A stretch of 59,391 nucleotides of DNA from Candidatus Latescibacterota bacterium (lineage in GTDB: Bacteria; Latescibacterota; UBA2968): positions 74,726-134,116 of the forward strand of contig JAYODI010000007.1 in assembly GCA_038279365.1 (NCBI GenBank), given 5' to 3'. Below the pieces are notes generated by a model, which saw nothing but the letters and a program-made list of their open reading frames with translations, was not told where the DNA came from and did no database searches. Both the position numbers and the translations under genes were made by a program. Below, piece by piece: positions 49,303-58,713 of the stretch; within the stretch, counting starts at the first letter, position 1; every line of letters starts with the position of its first letter.

Positions 49303-49926
49303 ATGATTTTCAAAACCATTGTTGTTGGTGAACTTTCCGTAAATTGTTTTATCATGGCCTGTGAAAAAACAAAAAAAGGCATTGTAATAGACCCCGGAGA
49401 CAACATAGAAGGCATTTTGTCTATCGTAAAAGAACATAACATCAACGTGATCGAAATTGTGGCCACCCACGGCCACTTTGATCACATTGGGCGTGTCACC
49501 ACCCTCAAAGAAAAAACAGGTGCACCTTTTGCCATTCACCAAGCCGATATGTTTATGGTCGAAGGGCTTGTCGAAATTGCCTCTTTTTTAAGCATAGATA
49601 CCGACCCATCGCCCGAGGTAGATCGCTTTATTGACGAAGGCGACACCATCACTTTTGGCCATGAAACCCTTAACATTCTCCATGTGCCCGGTCATGCCCC
49701 TGGCAATGTGGCATTTACTTGGCCCGGTCATGCCATTGTGGGAGATACCGTCTTTTCAGGTTCCATTGGGCGTACCGATTTAGAAGGGGCAGACCCACAA
49801 GTGCTATTGGATTCGATCCACACCAAAATTCTCACCCTACCAGACAACACCATCCTGCATCCAGGTCATGGCCCAGATACCACCGTGGCCCAAGAAAAAC
49901 GCACCAACCCCTTTCTTGCATCCTAA
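49303..49926 (+). CDS. MBL-fold metallo-hydrolase (glyoxalase II-like)
   Basis: THGHFDHIG, PGHAPG, GD..F.GSIGRTD, PGHG. Confidence 0.92.
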   Translation: MIFKTIVVGELSVNCFIMACEKTKKGIVIDPGDNIEGILSIVKEHNINVIEIVATHGHFDHIGRVTTLKEKTGAPFAIHQADMFMVEGLVEIASFLSIDTDPSPEVDRFIDEGDTITFGHETLNILHVPGHAPGNVAFTWPGHAIVGDTVFSGSIGRTDLEGADPQVLLDSIHTKILTLPDNTILHPGHGPDTTVAQEKRTNPFLAS

Positions 49927-49995
49927 CGTCATGTATGCTACATTAAAATCACATCCATATTTTCCACGACCACCACACGCTTTTAGGAAACAGAC

Positions 49996-51492
49996 ATGAA
50001 CATTTCCACAACCATTGGCAACATTGCAGAGCAGGAAGCAGACGCCATTGTCGTCAACTTATTTGAAGGCGTCACCACACCTGGTGGTGCCACAGGTGCC
50101 ATTGACCAAGCCCTCAACGGTCAAATCAGCACCCTCATTGCTGGCGGCGATTTCACAGGCAAATTCAAACAAACATCCATCCTCTACCCAAACAATGGCA
50201 TTTCAGCTTCGCGTCTCATCCTTGTGGGTCTTGGCAAACAAGAAGATTTTTCACTCGAGCGTGTGCGAATCGCCTCTGCCGTGGCCACCAAAGAAGCCGA
50301 ACAACGCGGCGTCAAACACCTTGCCACCATCGCACATGGAGGGGGGATTGGTGGGCTCAATATTCAAAGTGCCGCCCAAGCCACTGTCGAAGGCGCCATC
50401 TTAGGCACATATCAATTTGCCACATACAAAACAGGTGAAACACCGTCAAACAAAGTCGAAAAACTCACCCTTGTCGAATTTGATGCATCCAAACAAACAG
50501 ACATCGAAACAGGTGCCCAAGCCGGTCAATACATTGCCGAAGGGGTGTGCTTGGCGCGCAATGTAGGCAACACACCAGGTAACGATTTGCCCCCTGCAAC
50601 ACTGGCCGAACAAATCAGCGAAATGGCCCAGTCTGTTGGACTATCCTGTGAAATATTTGATGAGCATCGTATTCAAGCCGAAGGCATGGGCGCACTCAGT
50701 GCAGTAGGACAAGGCAGCAGTCGCCCACCTCGTTTTGTTATCTTAGAACACAAAGGCCAAAACCCAAATGCCGCCCCCATCATTTTGGTCGGCAAAGGCA
50801 TCACATTCGATACCGGCGGCATCTCTCTTAAAGCAGGCGATGGCATGTGGGATATGAAATTTGACATGTGTGGTGCCGCCGCCGTCATTGGTGCCATGCA
50901 AACCGTTGCCAAGCTCAATTTGCCCACCCGCGTAATTGGCATTGTCGCATCTGCCGAAAACATGCCCGATGGCAACGCCTATCGCCCCGGCGACATTATC
51001 AAACCACTGGGCGGCAAAACCGTTGAAATTCGCAGTACCGATGCCGAAGGTCGTTTGGCACTTATTGACGCCCTCGCCTATATCAAGCGTTATAACCCTG
51101 CTGCCGCCATCGACCTGGCCACCCTTACGGGCGCGTGTGTCACCGCCTTGGGCAACGACGCCAGCGGCCTCATGGGCAACAATGCCAACCTCATTCAAGC
51201 CATTCATCAAGCGGGCAATCGCACCAACGAAATTGCCTGGCACTTGCCCATTCTCGAAGGCCATCGCAACCAAATCAAAGGCGATTATGCCGACCTTAAA
51301 AATTCGGGTGGACGCCCAGGCGGCGCACTTACAGCAGGGGCCTTTCTCGAAGCCTACGTAGACAACTATCCCTGGGCACACCTCGACATTGCAGGAACTG
51401 CTTATACCAATTCGGCCAAACCCGACACACCCGTTGGTGCCACAGGTGTTGGCGTGCGTTTGCTCATCGACTACCTTCGCAATCTATCCTAA
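49996..51492 (+). CDS. pepA: Leucyl aminopeptidase (M17)
   Basis: VGKGITFDTGG, MKFDM, STDAEGRL, ATLTGA, WAHLDIAGT. Confidence 0.95.
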   Translation: MNISTTIGNIAEQEADAIVVNLFEGVTTPGGATGAIDQALNGQISTLIAGGDFTGKFKQTSILYPNNGISASRLILVGLGKQEDFSLERVRIASAVATKEAEQRGVKHLATIAHGGGIGGLNIQSAAQATVEGAILGTYQFATYKTGETPSNKVEKLTLVEFDASKQTDIETGAQAGQYIAEGVCLARNVGNTPGNDLPPATLAEQISEMAQSVGLSCEIFDEHRIQAEGMGALSAVGQGSSRPPRFVILEHKGQNPNAAPIILVGKGITFDTGGISLKAGDGMWDMKFDMCGAAAVIGAMQTVAKLNLPTRVIGIVASAENMPDGNAYRPGDIIKPLGGKTVEIRSTDAEGRLALIDALAYIKRYNPAAAIDLATLTGACVTALGNDASGLMGNNANLIQAIHQAGNRTNEIAWHLPILEGHRNQIKGDYADLKNSGGRPGGALTAGAFLEAYVDNYPWAHLDIAGTAYTNSAKPDTPVGATGVGVRLLIDYLRNLS

Positions 51493-51511
51493 CAAAGCCA
51501 AAGCTGCCATA

Positions 51512-51557
51512 CACAATACAAAAGGCCAGAGCGGGTACTCTGGCCTTTTGTATTGTG
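51512..51557. terminator. Bidirectional intrinsic terminator
   Basis: 20-bp inverted repeat CACAATACAAAAGGCCAGAG. Confidence 0.85.
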
Positions 51558-51581
51558 AGCAAAAAACGATTCAATGCAATC

Positions 51582-52082
51582 CTAATCTTCTTGTATTTTA
51601 AAACTTATCCCAACATGCAAAGACACATCATTTTTAGACCCCGTCGTAAATGCGCGAAACCATCGGCCTTGTGCAAAGATGCCCAATGTTTCAGACATAT
51701 CAACCGTCAAACCGCCCCCAGCAGTAACCATGGGTTCTGTTGCCGAAGCGGCGCCACGAGCCAAAAACATGCCCCCACCAATTCCAAAATACACAACACC
51801 ATATTGCTCAGAAAACGCGGCCTTATACAAAAGATTTGCCCCAATAGGCATCTCATTAATGTGCGCCCCACCACCCAACGAAGTTCTATAAAATTCTGCA
51901 AATGGAGACAAAAAAGTAGGATTTGTATCACCAACGGGAATATCGACAGAAACATGCCCACCCCACCGCGAATTGTCTAAAATCAATCCGCCACCTACCT
52001 TAATCTCTATTTGAGCTTCACTTTGCCCAGTCAAAAGAGCAACCACAACAACGCCCATCAAAACGCGCATAAATGTCTTCAT
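51582..52082 (-). CDS. Small outer-membrane beta-barrel protein, copy 3
   Basis: Signal peptide ..SEA|Q; alternating strands YFGIGGG, GIFAQG, VGISF. Confidence 0.75.
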   Translation of the reverse strand: MKTFMRVLMGVVVVALLTGQSEAQIEIKVGGGLILDNSRWGGHVSVDIPVGDTNPTFLSPFAEFYRTSLGGGAHINEMPIGANLLYKAAFSEQYGVVYFGIGGGMFLARGAASATEPMVTAGGGLTVDMSETLGIFAQGRWFRAFTTGSKNDVSLHVGISFKIQED

Positions 52083-52171
52083 AAATCCCCTCTATCCCAA
52101 ATGAGGTGCCCACGGCACACAATGCATACATCTTAATCTCTTAAAACACCCAAACAAAAAAAATTTTCCAC

Positions 52172-52681
52172 TTAGTCTTGCAACGTCAACGAAATACCAG
52201 CCTTTGCGGCCCAATGGTTGGTCGCACCCGAGCGCAATGCCCGGTCTAAAGTCACTTCTCCAAAAGCACCCAAGGGACCAGAAAATTTAAAATTGAGACC
52301 ACTCACAGCAGAAAACAAAACTTCCGTTGTCGACAATTTGAGAGCCGCAGCACCAACAGTGGTTGCACCAGGTACTTTTTCATAAATCAAACCACTGCCC
52401 ATACCCACATAAATACTGGTATTGCTGGCTTTTAATTTATACAAACCACGAATAGAAATAGGAATTGTTTCAACACCCGAATCTTTATAATATTCAGCCG
52501 CCAACATCAAACCACCAGGCTTGCTGCCAAAAGGAACCACCAACGACGCATGAGCACCCAATTGAGAGCCCTCAAAAATCATTCCCCCACCTGCTCGTAA
52601 AGCAATTTGAGCATCGGCATCTTGGGTTGCACCCAAACCAAAACCAACCAACAAAGCCACCAAAATTGTCAAACGTTTCAT
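52172..52681 (-). CDS. Small outer-membrane beta-barrel protein, copy 2
   Basis: Signal peptide ..ADA|Q; AEYYKDSGV, YVGMGSGLIY, GAFGEV, AGISL. Confidence 0.75.
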   Translation of the reverse strand: MKRLTILVALLVGFGLGATQDADAQIALRAGGGMIFEGSQLGAHASLVVPFGSKPGGLMLAAEYYKDSGVETIPISIRGLYKLKASNTSIYVGMGSGLIYEKVPGATTVGAAALKLSTTEVLFSAVSGLNFKFSGPLGAFGEVTLDRALRSGATNHWAAKAGISLTLQD

Positions 52682-52757
52682 AACTCACTCCTTAAAAAGA
52701 AACACGATAATTAAACAGACCCTATAAACATCACTGGAAAGCATAAAAAAATCAAAT

Positions 52758-52796
52758 AAAAAAGCGCCGATCCACAAAGGACCGACGCTTTTTTTT
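52758..52796 (-). terminator. Probable terminator after OMP copy 1
   Basis: Imperfect hairpin AAAAAAGCG...CGCTTTTTT. Confidence 0.6.
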
Positions 52797-52811
52797 GATG
52801 CTTATGACAGC

Positions 52812-53294
52812 TTATTCACCACCGCCAAAAGAAATACCCACACGGGCACCAAAGTTATTCTTGGCACCAGAGGTGATTGCACGGTCGATACCCACTTCAC
52901 CAAAGAGGCCAAAAGAATCGGAGGCTTTGAAATTAAGACCAGCAACAGCTGTCCCCAATGCTTTGGTTATCGAAGCACTTGCAACACCAATGCTTACTTT
53001 TGAATAAATAAGACCACTACCACCACCAATATAAAAATCGGCTTGTTCACCAGCAGGAGCACGGTACACAGCCATCACACGGATAGGGGCGGTTGTTACA
53101 CCCGATTTTTTGTAATATTCACCTTGAATGGTAATCCCAAAAGGTTTGTCACTCATAGGAATATCTACAGCAGCACCACCACCAAAAACGGTGCCGTCAA
53201 AAATCAAACCACCACCAACACGAAATGAGGGTTGTGCATCTGCAGCAGCAGCCATACCAACCAAAAGAGCAACCAAAAGAGCAAATTTTTTCAT
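52812..53294 (-). CDS. Small outer-membrane beta-barrel protein, copy 1
   Basis: Signal peptide ..ADA|Q; GEYYKKSGV, YIGGGSGLIY, GLFGEV, VGISF. Confidence 0.78.
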   Translation of the reverse strand: MKKFALLVALLVGMAAAADAQPSFRVGGGLIFDGTVFGGGAAVDIPMSDKPFGITIQGEYYKKSGVTTAPIRVMAVYRAPAGEQADFYIGGGSGLIYSKVSIGVASASITKALGTAVAGLNFKASDSFGLFGEVGIDRAITSGAKNNFGARVGISFGGGE

Positions 53295-53773
53295 GGAACA
53301 ATTCTCCTAAAAAGATAAAAACAGCTTAAAACGATCTACAATTAACGTTCTTGTTCAGCTCAAATTTCTAAATGGCTTAAGCGCGCGTAATCACCCTCCT
53401 TTCAAATATGAAACAGGTCGAAAAATGACAATAATTTATGGATCTAAAACAACGTTTCCGTTTCGCTTCGTGGCGTGGCTCATAGTGACAGAATCAAAGC
53501 TTATAATTGTGTTCCGTAAATATAAGGGTTATTCCCCCAAAAAGACAATGTGATTTTTTTATTTGTCTGCACTTGCAAATGACATACCGAAAACAACAAA
53601 AAAACACAAACCATTTAAAAATAATATTTTATTATGTTTATTCCAAAACAAAACAAAAACAATTGTGCGCAAATACGCACACGAATTGCGCATATACACA
53701 CATCCATTTTGTCTTCTAACTTTCATCTCACGCGCATCTATCCTATATTATCGCCCAAAAGGAGACTCTCACA

Positions 53774-54394
53774 ATGCCAACCGATCTGATACTCATCTGT
53801 CATGGTCAAGCCATCCAACGCGAAGGTGATCAGGTTTTTGGATGGTGGGCCGATATGCCCCTATCTCCATTGGGTCGCCAACAAGCACTGCTCATTGGCG
53901 AATGCCTAAAAAACAACTTTGACATTCAAGCCATATACAACAGCCCCTTAAAACGCACACAAGAAACTGCGGCCATCGTCAGCGACATTGTCAAAGTCGT
54001 ACCAGCCACCGAACATGCCTTGCGCGAACTCGACAGCGGTAAACTGTTGCACCTGTCCTACGAAGAAGCACAAAAACAATTTCCCGACGCCGTCAATCAA
54101 GGCCAAAACATACCAGGCGGCGAATCATACGACGCCATGCACCAACGTGTGGCGTGGGTTATTAATCGATTGGTGAAACAATCACCAGATCAACAAATTG
54201 TATGCATCACACATGGGGGACCCATTGTCGCATATTTGCGTGCGTTTATGGGGTATGCCCCACAAGATAACAACAAACCACGTTTTTTATGTCGCGTGGC
54301 TTCCTTACATCACATCCAGCTCACCCCCGATGGAGATCGCACCATTGTCTCCCTAAACGACATCGCACACCTTTCGGGCCTCCCCAGCAATTAA
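53774..54394 (+). CDS. Histidine phosphatase family protein (CHG in place of RHG)
   Basis: LICHGQ, SPLKRTQET, LRE, GGES, THGG. Confidence 0.85.
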   Translation: MPTDLILICHGQAIQREGDQVFGWWADMPLSPLGRQQALLIGECLKNNFDIQAIYNSPLKRTQETAAIVSDIVKVVPATEHALRELDSGKLLHLSYEEAQKQFPDAVNQGQNIPGGESYDAMHQRVAWVINRLVKQSPDQQIVCITHGGPIVAYLRAFMGYAPQDNNKPRFLCRVASLHHIQLTPDGDRTIVSLNDIAHLSGLPSN

Positions 54395-54410
54395 CCCAAA
54401 AAAACATTTC

Positions 54411-54458
54411 ATTCGCACATTCGTAGATTCGCACATTCGCACATTCGCACATTCGCAC
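54411..54458 (+). repeat. Tandem 8-mer repeat ATTCGCAC x6 (one unit is ATTCGTAG)
   Basis: Read directly from the sequence. Confidence 0.9.
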
Positions 54459-54494
54459 ATTCCCCTAAACATTTCACATGCCCATAACCAACCT

Positions 54495-55490
54495 ATGCCC
54501 TCCTTACCTCAAAAACAAACCACCCTCCACTTGCGTGCACAAATCATCAAAAGCATCCGATCTTTTTTCGACCAACAAGGCTTTTTAGAGGTTGAAACAC
54601 CGCTTTTGGTAAAATGCCCAGGCATGGAACCCCACATATCTGCATTTGAAACCACATTTGAAGGCCAAACCCACTATTTGCATACATCTCCAGAATATGC
54701 CATGAAACGCCTATTGTGTGCGGGATATGAAAGAATTTATCAAATCTGCAAAACTTTTCGAGACGAACCCGTTGGCAAAATGCACAACCCCGAATTCACC
54801 ATGCTCGAATGGTATCGCGCCCACGCAGATTACACCCATATCATGCAAGATACCGAGCACCTCATTGCATCCATAGCCACTCAGCTTTGGGGAAACCCCA
54901 CTCTTACATATAACCAACAGACCATCGACCTTACACCACCCTGGCCCCGCATCTCTGTGCAAGATGCACTTATTCAACAGGCGCAAATCACAGCCAATCC
55001 GTTTACCCAAACATCCCAGTTTATCCAACAAGCCCAAAACAAAGGCCACACCCATATTCTGACCGACGATTCAGCCGAAACAGCTTTTTTTAAGATTTTT
55101 CTCGATGTGGTCGAAAAAAAATTAGGTGCCAACAAACCCACATTTCTCATCGACTATCCGGCATCTATGGCCGCCCTTGCCACACGCAAAAAAGATGCAC
55201 CTCACTTGGCAGAACGTTTTGAACTGTATATTGCAGGTTTTGAATTGGCCAATGCCTTTACCGAATTGACCGATCCCATTGAACAACGCACCCGTTTTGA
55301 AGAAGAACAAGAACAACGCCGCATAGACAACAACCCCATTTACCCCATAGACGAAACCTTCCTCCAAGCACTTCAAACAGGCATGCCCCCATCAGGTGGC
55401 ATTGCCCTTGGCATAGACCGCTTGGTCATGCTCTTTGCACAACAAATTCATATCCAAGATGTCATTGCCTTTCCGTTCCCCACACTCTAA
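54495..55490 (+). CDS. epmA: EF-P lysine aminoacylase EpmA (GenX/PoxA)
   Basis: FLEVETP, YLHTSPEYAMKRLL, HNPEFTMLEWYR, ERFELY, ELANAF.EL, GIALGIDRL; no anticodon-binding domain. Confidence 0.93.
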   Translation: MPSLPQKQTTLHLRAQIIKSIRSFFDQQGFLEVETPLLVKCPGMEPHISAFETTFEGQTHYLHTSPEYAMKRLLCAGYERIYQICKTFRDEPVGKMHNPEFTMLEWYRAHADYTHIMQDTEHLIASIATQLWGNPTLTYNQQTIDLTPPWPRISVQDALIQQAQITANPFTQTSQFIQQAQNKGHTHILTDDSAETAFFKIFLDVVEKKLGANKPTFLIDYPASMAALATRKKDAPHLAERFELYIAGFELANAFTELTDPIEQRTRFEEEQEQRRIDNNPIYPIDETFLQALQTGMPPSGGIALGIDRLVMLFAQQIHIQDVIAFPFPTL

Positions 55491-55614
55491 TATTCATTTC
55501 GGAAAATTTTTCCTGCCTACCCTTGATTTATATCTGACCTTAGCCTAAATTTAACTCTGTGGCAGACACCGAGTTAGGCAAACCTTCTTGCCCATTTTAC
55601 CCGAAGGACAAAGC

Positions 55615-55986
55615 ATGACCCACGATGCCATTGGGCACCTACACACCCTCAAAGACCAAGCCATCACACAATCTGCCCAAATAGGCGACCAACTCAACCA
55701 AGGAACACCACCAGACAAATTGGTTCCTTTGCTCCAAACCCACTCTCAAACCATTCAAGCCCTTCAAATGGGCATCCGAGAATTGGCCCAATCAACGCAC
55801 ATTGCCCAACATCAACACGATATCAAATTATTGCAACAAGCACTCAAAGAATTGGCAGAAGCCGCACAAGTACAAGTGCAAAAAGCCACCCAAAAAGGTG
55901 TGCGTTTAACAGGCATTGGGGGCAAACCCCACATATCGCGCCGCAAATTTAAGGCAGAACAGGAAAACGATGGTCGATCCCATTGA
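55615..55986 (+). CDS. Hypothetical helical protein overlapping the kinase start
   Basis: Gln-rich helical ORF; SD GAAGGA. Confidence 0.55.
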   Translation: MTHDAIGHLHTLKDQAITQSAQIGDQLNQGTPPDKLVPLLQTHSQTIQALQMGIRELAQSTHIAQHQHDIKLLQQALKELAEAAQVQVQKATQKGVRLTGIGGKPHISRRKFKAEQENDGRSH

Positions 55987-57166
55987 CGAGCTCGAAACAC
56001 TGCGAGCCGAAAATGATGAACTCAAACAACGTTTTGAAATGCTCACACAAGAATTGTCACAAATGCGTGGGCAACTCAAAACCAATTTGGCAGAAAAACC
56101 CCGCATAGACAATTTGCTCACACGCGTCTTATCACATATGGGATGTGGCACCATCACCATCGACTTAGATGGCAACATTGCAGACATAAACACCACCTCT
56201 GCCAACCTGCTCATATGCAAAGCTGAAGATGTCATTGGACATTCTTGCGATATACTTTTGGGGCCATATGCATCACTCATTCTAAAAACCTTATCTTCCG
56301 AACGCGAAATCAGCGGACAAGAAATCACACTCAGCAACAGCCAGGGCAAAGACATCCCTTTTCGTTTGGGCGTGGCTTGTCTCACAGACGCACACGGCGA
56401 TTTACAAGGCGCACTCGTGACCTTAGAAGATCTTTCGCGTTTGCAAGAACTCTCTCAGCAAGCCAGCCGTGTGAGTACCCTAACGGCATTGGGTGAAATG
56501 TCGGCAACCATCGCCCACGAAATCCGCAACCCACTTGGGGGCATTGGTGGTTTTGCAGGCCTCCTCGAACGCGACATGGCCATAGACGACCCCAATCGCC
56601 GATTGGTCAAAAAGATTATTACAGGGGTGGCCAGTCTAAACAAAATGGTCACCAGCCTGCTCAATTACACACGCCCATTACAAATCAGCTTGCGCCCCAT
56701 AGACGTTGTTGAAGTAACCGAAGATTGTTTGGGCTTTTTTGAAATTGATGCGGGTGCCCGCATGGACGAACTTGAACTGGAACGCAACTTTCCCGACACC
56801 CCATTAATTTGCAAAGCAGATCCAGAGCAAATACAACAAATTGTGCTCAACCTCTTACACAACGCCGTACAAGCCATGCCTGGCCATGGCACCTTGACCG
56901 TCTCGCTCTCTCAAATAGACACCCAAACAGATTCCCGCACACACCTCAACCGCCCCTGCATAGCCCTTACGGTATCAGACACGGGCTTAGGCATGTCAGA
57001 AGATGTCAAAACCAAATTATTTATGCCTTTTTTTACCACCAAAGAAGATGGCAACGGCTTAGGGTTGGCCACTGCAAAAAAAGTCATTGAGGCACACAAT
57101 GGTGACATTGTCGTTGAAAGCATTCCCAATCAAGGAACAGCTTTTACCATTTATATTCCCAAGTAA
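55970..57166 (+). CDS. Cytoplasmic PAS sensor histidine kinase (FlrB/FleS/AtoS-like)
   Basis: Coiled coil and PAS domain, AHEIRNPL, NAVQAM, DTGLG, GNGLGL; no TM helix. Confidence 0.9.
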   Translation: MVDPIDELETLRAENDELKQRFEMLTQELSQMRGQLKTNLAEKPRIDNLLTRVLSHMGCGTITIDLDGNIADINTTSANLLICKAEDVIGHSCDILLGPYASLILKTLSSEREISGQEITLSNSQGKDIPFRLGVACLTDAHGDLQGALVTLEDLSRLQELSQQASRVSTLTALGEMSATIAHEIRNPLGGIGGFAGLLERDMAIDDPNRRLVKKIITGVASLNKMVTSLLNYTRPLQISLRPIDVVEVTEDCLGFFEIDAGARMDELELERNFPDTPLICKADPEQIQQIVLNLLHNAVQAMPGHGTLTVSLSQIDTQTDSRTHLNRPCIALTVSDTGLGMSEDVKTKLFMPFFTTKEDGNGLGLATAKKVIEAHNGDIVVESIPNQGTAFTIYIPK

Positions 57167-57214
57167 AGTCGTTTAACAAAATCTCCTCTTCCGTCATTTT
57201 AAAAAGGTTTTTTC

Positions 57215-58636
57215 ATGCCCAAACAAATTCTTGTCGTTGACGATGATAACACCTTTCGCGAGTTTGTTGTCGAAGTGCTGCAACGAAAAAACTATGTCGT
57301 TGATGCAGCCGAAAATGGTCAACGAGCCGTAGAATTTATGGAAAGCAAAAACTACGACCTCGTTGTCTCCGACATTCGCATGCCAGGCATGGATGGTATT
57401 CAAGTTTTTGACAAAGCAATTCAACTCCAGCCCCAGGCACAAGTCATTATGCTTACGGCATATGCCTCCTTAGAAGATGCGGTAGAGCTCATGCACAAAG
57501 GTGCATTTTATTATATCGAAAAACCATGTGATCCAGATCGCCTCGAAATTCTTGTTGCACGCGCACTGGAAAACCAACAACTGCAAGTCGAAAACCAACA
57601 GTTGCGTACAGAGCTCAAAGCACGTTATGACTTTGGCAACATGGTCGGCAAGAGCAAAACCATACAAGAAATATTTGAGCACGTTGCAACCGTGGCCCAA
57701 AGCCGCTCCACAGTACTAATTCAAGGCCAAAGCGGTACGGGCAAAGAACTCATTGCACGTGCCATTCACTACAACAGCCCACGCGTCAGTGGCCCCTTTA
57801 TCAAACTCAACTGCGCCGCCTTACCCCAAGACCTCATAGAGAGTGAACTTTTTGGTCACGAAAAAGGTTCCTTTACGGGCGCCGTAAAACAAACCAAAGG
57901 ACGCTTTGAATTGGCCGATGGAGGCACTCTATTACTCGATGAAATCAGCGAAATTGAACCACCATTGCAAGCCAAACTGTTACGCGTTTTGCAAGAGCGC
58001 GAATTTGAACGCATCGGATCTGGCACATCCATCAAGGTAGATGTGCGCGTGGTAGCCACAACCAATCGCAATTTGGCAGAAGAAATAGAAAAAGGAAATT
58101 TCCGGGAAGACCTTTACTATCGTCTCAATGTCATTCCCATCAAAATACCCACCCTCAACGAACGCAAAGAAGACATTCCCGATCTGGTCACCCACTTTAT
58201 TGACAAATACAACAAAGAAAATGAAAAAAACATCCAAGGCCTCACAGACAAAGCCCTTGAAATATTGATGAAGTACAACTGGCCAGGCAATATTCGCGAG
58301 CTCGAAAATTATATTGAACGCGCCGTTGTCATTTGCCAAGATGATTATATTGCAGAAACACACCTGCCCATAGATATCCTCACAGATGAGTCACGGGGCC
58401 TTAAAAATGATGCCAGCATTCAGGTGGGCACCACTGTAAGAGAAATGGAAAAACAACTGATTCTCAAAACACTGGAAGCACACAACGGCAACCGCACCAC
58501 CGCCGCAGATATTTTAGGTATCAGTGCCCGAACATTGCGAAACAAACTGCATGAATATGGTCTTGCGGGCATCTATCGAAAAGGTGGCACATCTTCAGAT
58601 GACGATGATGCCGAAGACGAAGACGAAGACGAATAA
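57215..58636 (+). CDS. Sigma-54-dependent response regulator (REC-AAA+-HTH)
   Basis: SDIRMP, GQSGTGKE, ESELFGHEKGSFTGA, LLDEI, WPGNIREL, GISARTLRNKL; acidic tail. Confidence 0.95.
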   Translation: MPKQILVVDDDNTFREFVVEVLQRKNYVVDAAENGQRAVEFMESKNYDLVVSDIRMPGMDGIQVFDKAIQLQPQAQVIMLTAYASLEDAVELMHKGAFYYIEKPCDPDRLEILVARALENQQLQVENQQLRTELKARYDFGNMVGKSKTIQEIFEHVATVAQSRSTVLIQGQSGTGKELIARAIHYNSPRVSGPFIKLNCAALPQDLIESELFGHEKGSFTGAVKQTKGRFELADGGTLLLDEISEIEPPLQAKLLRVLQEREFERIGSGTSIKVDVRVVATTNRNLAEEIEKGNFREDLYYRLNVIPIKIPTLNERKEDIPDLVTHFIDKYNKENEKNIQGLTDKALEILMKYNWPGNIRELENYIERAVVICQDDYIAETHLPIDILTDESRGLKNDASIQVGTTVREMEKQLILKTLEAHNGNRTTAADILGISARTLRNKLHEYGLAGIYRKGGTSSDDDDAEDEDEDE

Positions 58637-58651
58637 AAACCTTACACAATA

Positions 58652-58692
58652 AAAAAAGCGGTCAAGACCTCAATGATCTTGACCGCTTTTTT
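58652..58692. terminator. Bidirectional intrinsic terminator
   Basis: AAAAAAGCGGTCAAGA/TCTTGACCGCTTTTTT. Confidence 0.85.
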
Positions 58693-58713
58693 ATATCCAA
58701 AAACAACCCGCCT

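Noticed and set aside
54411-54458. CRISPR array
   Set aside because: 8-bp units with no spacers and no cas genes.
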